Assembly (NCBI GenBank): GCA_002269645.1
Contig: NIVC01000317.1
Location: 395,705-459,704 of the forward strand
Source of the DNA: Macrostomum lignano
Lineage: Eukaryota
Direction of reading: 5' to 3'
DNA: 64,000 nucleotides
Shown: positions 51,611-64,000 of the stretch, in pieces
How the letters are laid out: each line of letters starts with the position of its first letter
Position numbering within the stretch: position 1 is the first letter of the stretch
Notes under the pieces: generated by a model
Database searches by the model: none
What the model saw: the letters and a program-made list of their open reading frames with translations, nothing else
Told to the model about the DNA's origin: nothing
Translations under genes and position numbers: made by a program

Positions 51611-53621
51611 AGATAGAAGCAAAGAGAGGAAGCAAGAGAGTGATATACAGAGTGAAACAGTGATCAGGATGCCAGCCAGTTATGGAAATGCCAGGAAAGA
51701 GCGAGAGCCCAACGCTACACTCCAGCATAGAGACCGCAGAGTGCGAGGCGGTCCGTAATGCTGGGAGCGGCCCGAAAGCAATTTGATTTACCGCCTCCAG
51801 GCAGCGGTTTGCCGTGGCGGCGTCCCCGAATTCGTCACACAGTTTTGTCCGACTGTCCGGGCGTGAGGGCCTCCAAGCCCCCCCCCCACCCAAGCCTCTC
51901 CTCCAAGAAGTGTCAGCGATTTTGAGTGATCGAGGCGGCTGATATTTTCCAGTTGAGTTGAGCGCAGCCGCCGCCCCCCAGACCCGAATCGAGCTCAGTG
52001 TTGCGTGTGACGGGCCGGAAGATTTTGACCATAGATTTCGATATGAGAAAGGCGGGCGGGTAGATAAGAAACAATTCAGCTGGCTTCCCGGCTCTCTCTC
52101 TGCTTGTGTGTCAAATTTTGCAGCTCGGCCGAGTTTTAAATGGCACGCTTGACTGGCTCGAGCGATAATAAACAAAAATCGGGAAGCTTCGCTGCTTCCA
52201 AGAAAAAGTCTTTCTTCTTTAACTGCTTCCTCGGAAGAAAGTGTCCGCTCAGCCGAAAGAGAGATGAAAAGAGAAAGTTTCAGCAACTCGGGGCGGCGCA
52301 GGATAACAAGTGGGTTTGGAGATCTAGATGAGGCCAGCCTCCTCTCTTCTTCATCTACTCTTCCAAGGACATGCAGACGCGAAAGAGGAAATCGAGTTCA
52401 AGAGAGAGACGAAAGGAAGCCGGAATTTGCCGACAGCTAGAGAGATCCCGCCCGGACACTGCTTGGTCGGTCGTCTTCTTCTTTTTCTCATTTTGTCCGG
52501 GAGATGAGGCGCGGAGAGGCTGGCGGCACCGCAGGCGGCCGGGCCCGCACCGCTAATTGCTCAAGTGCGGGTAATTCAATCAGCGGAGCTGTTGGCCAGG
52601 GGCTCGGCCTGTGCTCAGCTGGGCGGGGGGGGGGGCTTCCTTCTCCTCATCGCCCACGGTGTGTTTTTTCTTCACTAAAGTTTATATCCCAGCAACGGAT
52701 GCGAAACCAGATCCCCCTGTGAGCCGTGCCGCCGGTCTGTCATTTGTCTCATTAAGCCGAAATCATTAGCTGACCCGGGAACTCCACATGGAGCATGAAA
52801 AAAATTAATTGACTTTGGGGTAGTCAGCTGTCCATATAATGACTCTGAACTCTCGGCTGCAATCAGAAGGCATGAGCGCACTGCACTGTATTGCTCAGGT
52901 AAGGTTGACTCTAGGCCACTGAATCAACAATGACTTGTAAACGGATTGAACTAGCTGAAGATCTGTTCCGGTTCAAGAGATTGATTCAAGCGCTTATTGA
53001 AATCACAAGCGCGCACATGTCACAAGCGCGCACACATGTCACAAGCACGCACAGTCAGCCGTTTTAAATGCTAAATCCTCTATTTTATGTCTAAAAAATA
53101 TTAATATTCAAACAGCCCCAGTTAGAGGGACACTTCAGAGGTCAAACGTGTCAGTAGGCGTAGGTCTGTGGGATGCGGAGAGCTGTGCAATTGTGAACAA
53201 TAGAAAGGGAAGTGAGAATGGGAGGAAGATGGAGAACGGTGACGCAACGGAGTTAATTTTTATCATAGCGGAGCCACTTCAACAGCGAGCTGGCGGGTGA
53301 AAGTCCCAATTTTAGCGCTTTCACTCGGTGAGGCAGCGGTGCCAGCTCATTGTCTGAACTTGAGAGACATTGACAGCTTGGGGGTCCCCAAACGCCTGAA
53401 TGACTGCCCCGCCCCCTTGTCAAGCCCTCTTCACGGGCTCCACATTTGCGAGGCGATATGTCGAGTTCATCTTCTCAACTTAGCTGAGCTGTCAATCAGT
53501 CGCTCAGGATGAGGTGTTGCGCCTTCAAGACATTTGAAAAGCGACAACAGATGGGCTTTTGGAAACTGTTGGAAGAATTTGCTTAAATTAATTAACCGAT
53601 GGTGACTGAAAAATCGCCCAG

Positions 53622-54530
53622 CCAACCCCACTAGAAAAATCGCCCCAGCCACCCCTACTAGAAAAATCGCCCAGCCACCCCACTAGAAAAATCGCCCCAG
53701 CCACCCCACTAGAAAAATCGCCCCAGCCAACCCCACTAGAAAAATCGCCCCAGCCACCCCTACTAGAAAAATCGCCCAGCCACCCCACTAGAAAATCGCC
53801 CCAGCCACCCACTAGAAAAATCGCCCCAGCCACCCCTACTAGAAAAATCGCCCCAGCCAACCCCACTAGAAAAATCGCCCAGCCACCCCCACTAGAAAAA
53901 TCGCCCAGCCAACCCCACTAGAAAAATCGCCTAGCCAACCCCGCTAGAAAAATCGCCCAGCCAACCCCGCTAGAAAAATCGCCCAGCCAACCCACTAGAA
54001 AAATCGCCCAGCCAACCCCACTAGAAAAATCGCCCAGCCACCCCACTAGAAAAATCGCCCCAGCCAACCCCACTAGAAAAATCGCCCCAGCCAACCCCAC
54101 TAGAAAAATCGCCCAGCCAACCCCACTAGAAAAATCGCCTAGCCAACCCCGCTAGAAAAATCGCCCAGCCAACCCCGCTAGAAAAATCGCCCAGCCAACC
54201 CCACTAGAAAAATCGCCCAGCCAACCCCACTAGAAAAATCGCCCAGCCACCCCACTAGAAAAATCGCCCCAGCCAACCCCACTAGAAAAATCGCCCCAGC
54301 CAACCCCACTAGAAAAATCGCCCCAGCCACCCCTACTAGAAAAATCGCCCAGCCACCCCACTAGAAAAATCGCCCAGCCAACCCCACTAGAAAAATCGCC
54401 AACCCCACTAGAAAAATCGCCCAGCCAACCCCACTAGAAAAATCATCCAGCCACCCCACTAGAAAAATCGCCCAGCCACCCCACTAGAAAAATCGCCTAG
54501 CCACCCCACTAGAAAAATCGCCCAGCCACC
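53622..54530. repeat. 23-25 bp minisatellite CACTAGAAAAATCGCCCCAGCCAACCC
   Basis: About 37 copies immediately 3' of the GFR-like signal-peptide exon donor. Confidence 0.95.
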
Positions 54531-54549
54531 CGCAGAGCAGGCAACTCAC

Positions 54550-54741
54550 AGTCCAGGCAGAGGATCCGCACCAGGCCCAGCTTGGCTCCGCACTCCGAGC
54601 TCTGGTAGCAGGTGTCATTGGCCACGTGACAGAAGTTCTCCCTGACGGCAGCTCCCGCCAGCGTCAGCATCGAGTCGGACAGCGAAGGCAGCTGAAGGCA
54701 GAGCCCGAAGGCCAACACCAACAGGCCGCTCGTTGGTGCTG
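54550..54741 (-). CDS. GFRalpha/GAS1-family protein: signal-peptide exon and first half of GDNF-receptor domain 1
   Basis: ttctccttttgcag|CA GCA: APTSGLLVLAFGLCLQLPSLSDS...NFCHVANDTCYQSSECGAKLGLVRILCLD; donor GAC T|gtgagt; 192 nt, phase 1-1. Confidence 0.78.
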
Positions 54742-55467
54742 CTGCAAAAGGAGAAAAAACTGCAAAATCAGTCAGCCAGGTTCCGATCCCAGTGGTACAG
54801 TCCCCGGGGGGTCTAAGTAGGGCAGGGCAGATAAGGATAGACATAAACTTGGGGCAAAAAGAACAATGTCAACTAATCTATTTCTGCTTCCATATATATA
54901 AATACATGAAAGTTGCATAGACCAATTTGCTTGGGAATATTGGATTGAATATACATTACACTGGATACTCGCCCCTGTCCCTGTCCGCCTGTGTCTGCCC
55001 GACCGCCCGCGGCTGCTTATGCAACTTCACGGGGGGCCAACAACAAACCAGCCTGTAACAACAGGGATTCGAAACCCCCTCCTGCTAAACAGTTGGAAAT
55101 CCGACTCGGCCACTCTTTGTCGGGGTGGAGGGAGATGGCCGCATCTACCAATAAGCAGATGAAGCCCACGGGGGGAAGCTGGGCCGCTGGTATAGACGAT
55201 TTTTAGTTGCTACCCAAAGCTGGCGGCGGGCCGAAATCCATTTCTGTGCTTCTCTCAAAGAAAAACATTCTCCACGGGGGGGGGGTTGGGCGGCGGCGGC
55301 AGTGAAAGTCGGGTTTCAGTTTTACACGGGCGCGCAGATTTTGTCGCGAAGGTGAACACTGGGGTGATGGAGTTATGGAATTTTTCAATCAATTTTCACT
55401 CGCATGCGCTGATTACTCATATGGGATCGATGGGTGACGGGTGAAGAATATTGTGCGACTTGGAGAG

Positions 55468-56670
55468 CGGGGATCTGTGAAGCTTGGGGATCTGTGAAGC
55501 TTGGGGATCTGTGAAGCTTGGGGATCTGTGAAGCTTGGGGATCTGTGAAGCTTGGGGATCTGTGAAGCTTGGGGATCTGTGAAGCTTGGGGATCTGTGAA
55601 GCTTGGGGATCTGTGAAGCTTGGGGATCTGTGAAGCTTGGGAATCTGTGAAGCTTGGGGATCTGTGAAGCTTGGGGATCTGTGAAGCTTGGGGATCTGTG
55701 AAGCTTGGGGATCTGTGAAGCTTGGGGATCTGTGAAGCTTGGGGATCTGTGAAGCTTGGGGATCTGTGAAGCTTGGGGATCTGTGAAGCTTGGGGATCTG
55801 TGAAGCTTGGGGATCTGTGAAGCTTGGGGATCTGTGAAGCTTGGGGATCTGTGAAGCTTGGGGATCTGTGAAGCTTGGGAATCTGTGAAGCTTGGGGATC
55901 TGTGAAGCTTGGGGATCTGTAAAGCTTGGGGATCTGTGAAGCTTGGGGATCTGTGAAGCTTGGGATCTGTGAAGCTTAGGGATCTGTGAAGCTTGGGGAT
56001 CTGTGAAGCTTAGAGATTTGTGAAGCTTAGAGATTGTGAAGCTTGGGGATCTGTGAAGCTTGGGATCTGTGAAGCTTAGAGATTTGTGAAGCTTGGGGAT
56101 CTGTGAAGCTTGGGGATCTGTAAAGCTTGGGGATCTGTGAAGCTTGGGGATCTGTGAAGCTTGGGGATCTGTGAAGCTTGGGGATCTGTGAAGCTTAGGG
56201 ATCTGTGAAGCTTGGGGATCTGTGAAGCTTAGGGATCTGTGAAGCTTGGGGATCTGTGAAGCTTAGAGATTTGTGAAGCTTAGAGATTTGTGAAGCTTGG
56301 GGATCTGTGAAGCTTGGGGATCTGTGAAGCTTAGAGATTTGTGAAGCTTGGGGATCTGTGAAGCTTGGGGATCTGTAAAGCTTGGGGATCTGTGAAGCTT
56401 GGGGATCTGTGAAGCTTGGGGATCTGTGAAGCTTGGGGATCTGTGAAGCTTAGGGATCTGTGAAGCTTGGGGATCTGTGAAGCTTAGAGATTTGTGAAGC
56501 TTAGAGATTTGTGAAGCTTGGGGATCTGTGAAGCTTAGAGATTTGTGAAGCTTGGGGATCGGTGAAGCTTAGAGATTTGTGAAGCTTGGGGATCTGTGAA
56601 GCTTAGAGATTTGTGAAGCTTGGGGATCGGTGAAGCTTAAAGATTTGTGAAGCTTGGGGATCTGTGAAGT
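55468..56670. repeat. 17-bp minisatellite TGTGAAGCTTGGGGATC
   Basis: About 70 copies, grading into an AGAGATT variant. Confidence 0.97.
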
Positions 56671-57329
56671 TATACGTGAACGTGAAGCTGGGTGAGTGTA
56701 ATTCTAAGCCTCCCTTAGTTACCAGACAGGAAAAGCGCACAGGTGTTTTACAGTGACTTTCAGAACACCACTTAGCTAGCAGAAGAGAATCTTGAGAGAA
56801 AGGAAGAGTTACCTAACCGCCAGCTACATCAAGGTAAGCCGTCTGTCCAGCTGGCCCGAGAACACAAAAAGCCATTTATTGCGCTGGCCTCGCCGCTGCC
56901 TTGGCGGGGTGGCTCCGGCAGACGAGATTGAATCAATTTTAACAACACTTTGGGATAGCCTTCCCTCTGCCTCCCTTCCTCCCCTTGTTCCCAACCGACT
57001 TAATAATCCCCCGCTGAGCCGCCCGTTCCCTTGACGACTGCAGGGTCCATCCAGTGCAACTCCCACCGGCTGGGCAGTTGCTCCAAGCATGTTGCGGGCT
57101 GAGGCTTGCTTGAAATTCTTTTTAACGTCATCGCAGACGGCGGCGGCGGTGGTTGGGCAAACGTTTTTTCTTTAAAAAATTGAGGGAATTTCTCCATTAG
57201 CCTGTCAGGGGAGCAGATCGTTATCGGCCGGGTCACTTTTCCCTCTCTCCGCTCCGTCCCTGTGTGCGCATTTTGCTTCTTTTCCTAAGCTGAACTTCCT
57301 TCTCTGCTCTGATCCTGGCTGCTTCAACT

Positions 57330-57855
57330 TGCCTCTCTCTCTCCTTCTCTACTCTCTTCTCTCCCCTCTCCCCTCTCTCCCCTCTCCCCTTCTCTCCCCT
57401 CTCCCCTTCTCTCCCCTCTCCCCTTCTCTCCCTCTCCCCTTCTCTCCCTCTCCCCTTCTCTCCCCTCTCCGCTTCTCTCTCCTCTCTCCTTCTCTCCCCT
57501 CTCCCCTTCTCTCCCCTCTCCGCTTCTCTCCCCTCTCCTCTTCTCTCCCTCTCCCCTTCTCTCCCCTCTCCGCTTCTCTCCCTCTCCCCTTCTCTCCCCT
57601 CTCTCCTTCTCTTTCCTCTCTCCTTCTCTACCCTCTCCGCTTCTCTCCCCTCTCCCCTTCACTCCCCTCTCCCCTTCTCTCCTCTCTCCGCTTCTCTCCC
57701 CGCTCCCTTCTCTCCCCCTCCCTTCTCTCCCTCTGCCCTTCTCTCCCCGCTCCCCTTCTCTCCCTCTCCCCTTCTCTTCCCTTCTCTCTCCTCTTCTCTC
57801 CCCTTCTCTCCCCTCTCCCCCTCTCTCCCCTTCTCTTCCCTTCTCTCCCTCTCTC
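57330..57855. repeat. CT-rich low-complexity repeat
   Basis: Direct inspection. Confidence 0.92.
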
Positions 57856-59261
57856 CATTCGTTCCTCACAATTGGCTATTTCAATTTTTGGAAGCAGAAC
57901 CTCATCATCCGTACCGCAGTGGAAATTTATGCTCTTCATTTCAAGCGTCGCTTGCGATATTCAGAGCGGCCTCATCCGGCAGACCAAGCGGTTCTGCGGC
58001 TGTCCGTCATTCAGTCAGACAGGCAGGCAGACGAGGGATGAGCGGCTGCAACTCAAAAGGCGTGTCGCATTTTGACAGCCTCCAGTCATATCTCTCCCTG
58101 TTTTCATGCCCCTCATCATCCAACTAAGTCCCCGGAGACTGGACTAGATGGGACAGCCCCCTACCCCCTTCCAGCAGCCCGCCTCACTAATTCTCGCCCT
58201 AACCAAGCATTAATGATGAAATCGCAAAAGTCGTTCCAGCTCCGCCGTGCGATTGCGTCACAAGCCAGGCTGATATTATAGTAATCATTGCGGCCATGGG
58301 ACCGAGCCTTGGCCCAGCCAATTATCCGTGTGTTGCATCACTTTTGGCCCGGGCCTGTGGACTCTCTCTCTCTCCCAGCTAAATAATCCTTAAAGTCTGT
58401 GGAAATCTCACACCAATGATAGCCAGTATGCTGCATCAGGGAGATAGAAACTTTGCCTTGGTCGTGAGAGACTAACAAATTGGGTAAATAAGATACCCTA
58501 CAGCACCAGCGATACCAGGGTTCCTGGGTAGGGTATCGTGTTACTGCAACTTTCTGTTGGTTAGTGTGATTTCGCAGGGAGAAGAGGGACACACAAGCTT
58601 GTGCAAACATTAAGAACAACTCTGCACTGAACAAACAGAGCTGACAATTACCATATCTATGTATTATATAGGCTCTAATATCTATTGTAATAGTCAGGCA
58701 TTTATTGAATCGAGCTCGTACTTCAGACACACACAGAGAGAAGCACAGACCCACTTGTGCGGCTTTTAGCTGTCCGAATATTGGGCTAGAAAGCGTGGGT
58801 GGCCCCTTTTCGCTAATTTTTTTATTTCTGACTTAAATTGTACTTGCTAGACTGCTGATGACGGAAGAGGCTATTTGGTAGTAAATTTATAATAGAGATA
58901 TTAATCGCATTACCTAATCCATCTCAGTCAATCATTATTTTAGTCTGATCTGTCAAAGGCGTGATTGACACATCAATTGGAAATCCTCATTCATAGGCTA
59001 AATAAGCTACTCAAGATTCTGAGAACTGCGGGGATCTAATAATGAGCACTGCTCAATGCTGCAGGTGACAGTCTGAGCCTGTAATTAGCTCTTGCAGTTC
59101 TGCTGTGTCCTCATCAGCGGCGAACTCGGAATCTTGTAGGTCCTATTGCTGAGATAAACACCTCAACTTCATCTGGTTATTAGTTGCCTTATTATAGTCA
59201 TTTTACACCGTAATGAGCCTTCGATAGTAAGATCGACTAAGCCGCACCCCTTGTACCCTGT

Positions 59262-59735
59262 CTAAAGGTGGGATTCCCACTATCCCATACCCTGTCTAGA
59301 GGTGGGATATTGCCGCTATCCCATACCCTGTCTAGAGGTTGGATTCCTACCATCCCATACACTGTCTATAGGTGGGATTCCCACTATCCCATACCCTGTC
59401 TGCAGGTGGGATTCCCACTATCCCATACCCTGTCTATAGGTGGGATTCCCACTATCCCATACACTGTCTATAGATGGGATTTCCACTATCCCATACCCTG
59501 TCTGTAGGTGGGATTCCCACTATCCCATACCCTGTCTATAGGTGGGATTCCTACTATCCCATACACTGTCTATAGGTGGGATTTCCACTATCCATACCCT
59601 GTCTATAGTTGGGATTCCCACTATCCCATTTCCTGTCTATAGTTGGGATTCCCACTATCCCATTTCCTGTCTATAGTTGGGATTCCTACTATCCCATACA
59701 CTGTCTGTAGGTGGGATTCCAACTATCCATACCCT
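59262..59735. repeat. 34-bp minisatellite GTGGGATTCCCACTATCCCATACCCTGTCTATAG
   Basis: Period 34 (59371, 59405); about 14 copies. Confidence 0.94.
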
Positions 59736-60734
59736 GCCCACCAAGCCCATCTTAAGAACAGACGCCACAATTCAAAGAAGTTTCCCTTGCCTAATAAACC
59801 TTCTTTGTCATTATACACGTAAAAAAGTTGAAACATAATCCACACGCTTAAGAAGGAAGAATCAATCAGTCTTTTTTCACGTGTAACAATCGCAAATGGA
59901 CTCAGCTCGCCGCCGACTCCAGATCATCTCCTCCTATCTCAGTCTGTAGCCGCTCGCCCGAAACTAATCAATGCTTTTTAACGAGGATTGAGTCTACTAT
60001 GTATTCAGTTAGTCGAGTATAGATGCAAAGTTCCTAGAGACTCATCGATGGGTGAACTAAGTAAGGGGGAGGGGCTTGGGAGCAAGCTCAAAACTCTGAG
60101 TCGGTCAAACCCGGAGCATTCAAGTATCGAAGTAATTACTTAACGGGGGAGAGAGGAGCGAGCCGCGACAGACACGGCCCAGCGGAGAGATATTTAAGCT
60201 CTTATCTCTTTGGCAAACCCTTTCCTATTTTTTCCCATCCAACGCACTGCCCCCCGAGGGGGGAGCGGCCAGCTAGTCAGAATACATGTTTGGCAAAGAA
60301 GGCGAGAGAATGCCAAGCCTAGCTGTTCGCTAGCACAGACAGACAGACAGACAGCACTTAGCTTAATGCGAAAAAATGGATACACAATCAGCTTTGGCGT
60401 ATAAGAATGAATAAACTAACTGCAGTATGGGGGGCAGACAAACTGTTTTCAATGTTTCTGCTTCTCCTCCTCGACAGATGTTTCGGAAGATCCTCAAATC
60501 AGCTATTCGAGGGGGCAAAGTTATAAGTTGAATTGGCCGACTGGGCTGGCTTGATTCAATTTTTAGATTCATCTTGCTAGCCGGGCCAATTCATCAACAA
60601 GGCTGAGATTATGGGCCCGGAGGTTAATCAGCGAGTGGGATTAGAGAAGCCACGGTGGCCGCGAACCAGAAGCTGGAGTGGCAACCCTTGCTTCGATCCT
60701 GAGCTTAAACTTAACACTCAAATAGATTCCCAGC

Positions 60735-61075
60735 AGCTTGTGAAGTTTTGAGTTTGTGAAGTTTCGAGTTTGTGAAGTTTCGAGAGTGTGAAGCTTCTAG
60801 CTTGTGAAGTTTCCAGCTTGTGAAGTTTCCAACTTGTGAAGTTTCCAGCTTGTGAAGTTTCCAGCTTGTGATGTTTCCAGCTTGTGAAGCTTCCAGCTTG
60901 GTAAAATTCGAGCTTGTGAAGCTTCGAGCTTGTAAAGTTTCGAGCTTGTGAAGTTGTGAGCTTGCGAAGTTTCGAGCTTGTGAAGCTTCGAGCTTGTGAA
61001 GTTGTGAGTTTGTGAAGCTTCGAGCTTGCGAAGTTTCGAGCTGTGAAGTTTCGAGCTTGTGAAGCTTCGAGCATG
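60735..61075. repeat. 16-bp minisatellite TGTGAAGTTTCGAGCT
   Basis: About 21 copies. Confidence 0.92.
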
Positions 61076-62209
61076 AAAACGAAGTGTTGGGGCAGCAGCT
61101 AGCACTCCAGGATCTCCATGGACGAGCAGAATGCGGCTTAGGCAGCCATCAACATGAGCGCTCCCACAGCCCTGATCTCATTAGCCCCAATCAGCGTCTC
61201 TCTGCGCGAAGATCAACAAATTAAAGAAATATAATTATCTTCTGCCTGCCCACAGCTGAAAGACCCGGAGAGTCTAAAAGCAGGAAACCCGTTCTTCCGT
61301 CTGTTTGGCCTCCTCGTCTGTCAGTTTTTAGGCTTAAATTGCCGACAACTATGCAGAAAATCAATAAAGCTATTTATAACCGGCCTGGCTATAATAGCGC
61401 TATGCCAATACAATGGCACTCGGTAACCACTGAGGATGATAGAGCTGTGTGTGCACAATGTGTTTGTATGCGCAAACACTAAAACTGTGCATGCAGTGAG
61501 CTGTCAGAATTGACAGGGCGCTGACCCCTCAAACTGGTTGCCAAGGTTTAATGCAGGAAGCACAACTATTGGCAGACGTGACCAGGAATGTAAATGTCTT
61601 ATTTAGACATGTCAACCGCGTTTTTTTCTTCTCTTCTGCCTCTCTTTTAAGTCGGTTGCATCATCATCAACATCAGCTCGGCCAGCCTCCAGCGGTCTCG
61701 GGGGGGGGGGATAGTTGAGATAGGATAAGCTTTTGCCACAGGACTGCTGGGACACGGGTTCAAGGGAAGAGTTCAGTCTCTGTGCAGGGAGGAGACGCTG
61801 AAACATTAGCTGCTCAAATCGATGCCGTGACATCGATTAGCTGCGCGGGAAGGCCCGGGGACCTGGATGATGCTGCGAAGGTGCTGGGTGAAAAAAACTA
61901 AGCCAAAGAAAGAGAAGAGTGAGAACAGAGTGCTTCCTTGGGGGGGGGGCTGCCTCCCGTTGCCAGCGGCTTTGAATGAGCGATAGGTGCATCCGGGAGG
62001 GCTGTGAGCCCGCGACAGGGAAATGTCTGACAGGTTAAAGCATGGGGATTTCTATTCATGCCTTTTTATCCCGATTGGAGTAACATGGCTCCCATCGCAA
62101 GAGCTGCTGCTGGTTTGTTAGTAAGTTTCTGAGATGGAAACTTCACGAAAAGTTGGGATTAATAGCTGTGTAAAAAGCGAAATAGGATAAAGATTGAATG
62201 CGTGTAGAC

Positions 62210-62860
62210 AGACAGGGAGACAGGGAGAGAGGAGAGGTGGAGAGACAGGGAGAGAAGAGAAGGGAGGAGAGAGAAGGGAGAGGAGAAAAGGGAAGGGAGA
62301 GAAGGGAATTAAGGGAGAGAAGGGAGAGGAGAAAAGGGAGGGGAAAGAAGGGAGAGGAGAAAAGGGAGGGGAGAGAAGGGAGAGGAGAGAAGGGAGGGGA
62401 GAGAAGGGAGAGAAGGGAGGGGAGAGAAGGGAGGGAGAGAAGGGAGAGAAGGGTGAGAAGGGAGGGAGAGAAAAGAGAGGGCAGAAAAGGGAAGGGAGAG
62501 AAGGGATAGGAGAGAAGGGAGGGGAGAGAAGGGAGAGAAGGGAGAGGAGAGAAGGGAGAGAAGGGAGAGGAGAGAAGGGAGAGAAGGGAGAGGAGAGAAG
62601 GGAATTAAGGGAGAGAAGGGAGAGGAGAAAAGGGAGGGGAAAGAAGGGAGAGGAGAAAAGGGAGGGGAGAGAAGGGAGAGGAGAGAAGGGAGGGGAGAGA
62701 AGGGAGAGAAGGGAGGGAGAGAAGGGAGGGGAGAGAAGGGAGAGAAGGGTGAGAAGGGAGGGGAGAGAAAAGAGAGGGCAGAAAAGGGAAGGGAGAGAAG
62801 GGATAGGAGAGAAGGAGGGGAGAGAAGGGAGAGAAGGGAGGGGAGAGAAGGGAGAGCAGC
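62210..62860. repeat. GA-rich low-complexity repeat (GAGAAGGGA)
   Basis: Direct inspection. Confidence 0.92.
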
Positions 62861-63482
62861 CAGCGTGAATCTGGCTGAGCAGCCGAGGCTCAGCTGAAAG
62901 TCCTCTTTGGGCTTAAGCAGTCCAATTGAGCAGAGAGGGCAGGTCGCTCAGCCGCTGCCCGAGCCGAGCTCATTCACTCACTTTACTCTCTCACAGCTCC
63001 CCTAGGGGAGAAGCAGTGGGCAGCAGAGAAATCCACCGCGGATATTGAGCAGGATTTTCGGGAGCACGGGATTCCAGTTGGGGGATTTGGGTTGGGTTGG
63101 GCGAGCCTTATGGATGGAAGGCACTGAAAGATGAGGTGCAGCAGATTCTGAGCTTGGCGCTCGACTAACTCCATCGCAAGTTCGGAGCAGCAGCAGCAGT
63201 TCTGGCTCAGCTTCCTCTCAGGAAAAAAGGGCTCAAAGTGTGAGCACGCAGGGCTCGCTCTCTTCGGAATCACTCTGCCGTGAAGGCTGCGGATTTTCGC
63301 ACGCGAGAGGAGATTTTTTCGCATCGAAAAGTTTTTGGGCCATTTTTTGGGAGAAAGATTTTGGAGCTCTCATCTTGAATGACCTTGCTGGCATTATGGG
63401 AATGGGCGTTTCGGAGCAATAGAGATTTCAATCTAGTGACAGTGCTAGTATGGCAGTGCCACGGGTAGATGGAGGGGAGTGA

Positions 63483-64000
63483 TAGGAGTGACAGAGTACG
63501 GAGTGACAGAGTAGCGGAGAGTGACAGAGTAGCGGAGTGACAGAGTAGCGGAGTGACAGAGTAGCGGAGTGACAGAGTAGCGGAGTGACAGAGTAGCGGA
63601 GTGACAGAGTAGCGGAGTGACAGAGTAGCGGAGTGAAAGAGTACGGAGTGACAGAGTAGCGGAGTGACAGAGTAGCGGAGTGACAGAGTAGCGGAGTGAC
63701 AGAGTAGCGGAGGCTAGCGGAGTGACAGAGTAGCGGAGTGACAGAGTAGCGGAGTGACAGAGTAGCGGAGTGACAGAGTAGCGGAGTGACAGAGTAGCGG
63801 AGTGACAGAGTAGCGGAGTGACAGAGTAGCGGAGTGACAGAGTAGCGGAGTGACAGAGTAGCGGAGTGACAGAGTAGCGGAGTGACAGAGTAGCGGAGTG
63901 ACAGAGTAGCGGAGTGACAGAGTAGCGGAGTGACAGAGTAGCGGAGTGACAGAGTAGCGGAGTGACAGAGTAGCGGAGTGACAGAGTAGCGGAGTGACAG
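63483..64000. repeat. 16-bp minisatellite GGAGTGACAGAGTAGC
   Basis: About 32 copies, running off the window end. Confidence 0.97.

Noticed and set aside
51700-51860. TKLCDEFGDAATANRCLEAV segment as an extra GFR-like exon
   Set aside because: Its acceptor is phase 2, whereas the flanking exons join directly in phase 1 and already complete the domain 1 cysteine pattern.
62983-63324. 113-aa minus-strand ORF containing CCCC
   Set aside because: No recognisable domain or signal peptide and no convincing splice-site pair; cannot be supported.

Overview
Eukaryotic (animal) genomic DNA. GC-rich exons are embedded among about 40 micro/minisatellite arrays, which I estimate cover roughly half the window. 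The style resembles a free-living flatworm such as Macrostomum, but that is inference and was not checked. No prokaryotic features, CRISPR arrays or recognisable transposase/RT genes were found. Genes were reconstructed by manual splicing, with GT-AG and reading-frame phase checked at each junction. (1) A three-exon DNase II gene (- strand, 5004-2637) with both HxK motifs, a 1-bp frameshift, and an unexpected terminal exon encoding a transmembrane helix plus a C-terminal YxxL sorting motif. (2) tRNA-Lys(CTT) at 5532-5604. (3) A cluster of four NPY/NPF-superfamily neuropeptide precursor genes (7987-19474) that the ORF track misses because their amidated ends lie in 10-13 nt terminal coding exons behind the family's conserved phase-2 Arg-codon intron. 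Two convergent genes end W-x-L-Y-Q-R-P-R-F-amide and two tandem genes end F-L-x-[QE]-R-I-R-M-amide. (4) A ~30 kb GFRalpha/GAS1-family gene (- strand, 54741-24849) with four cysteine-rich GDNF-receptor domains, a RECK-like C-terminal region and a GPI-type tail; one of its introns holds a 12 kb satellite with higher-order structure. The NPF-like cluster, especially the RIRM-amide pair, and the membrane-anchored DNase II are the best candidates for undescribed biology.
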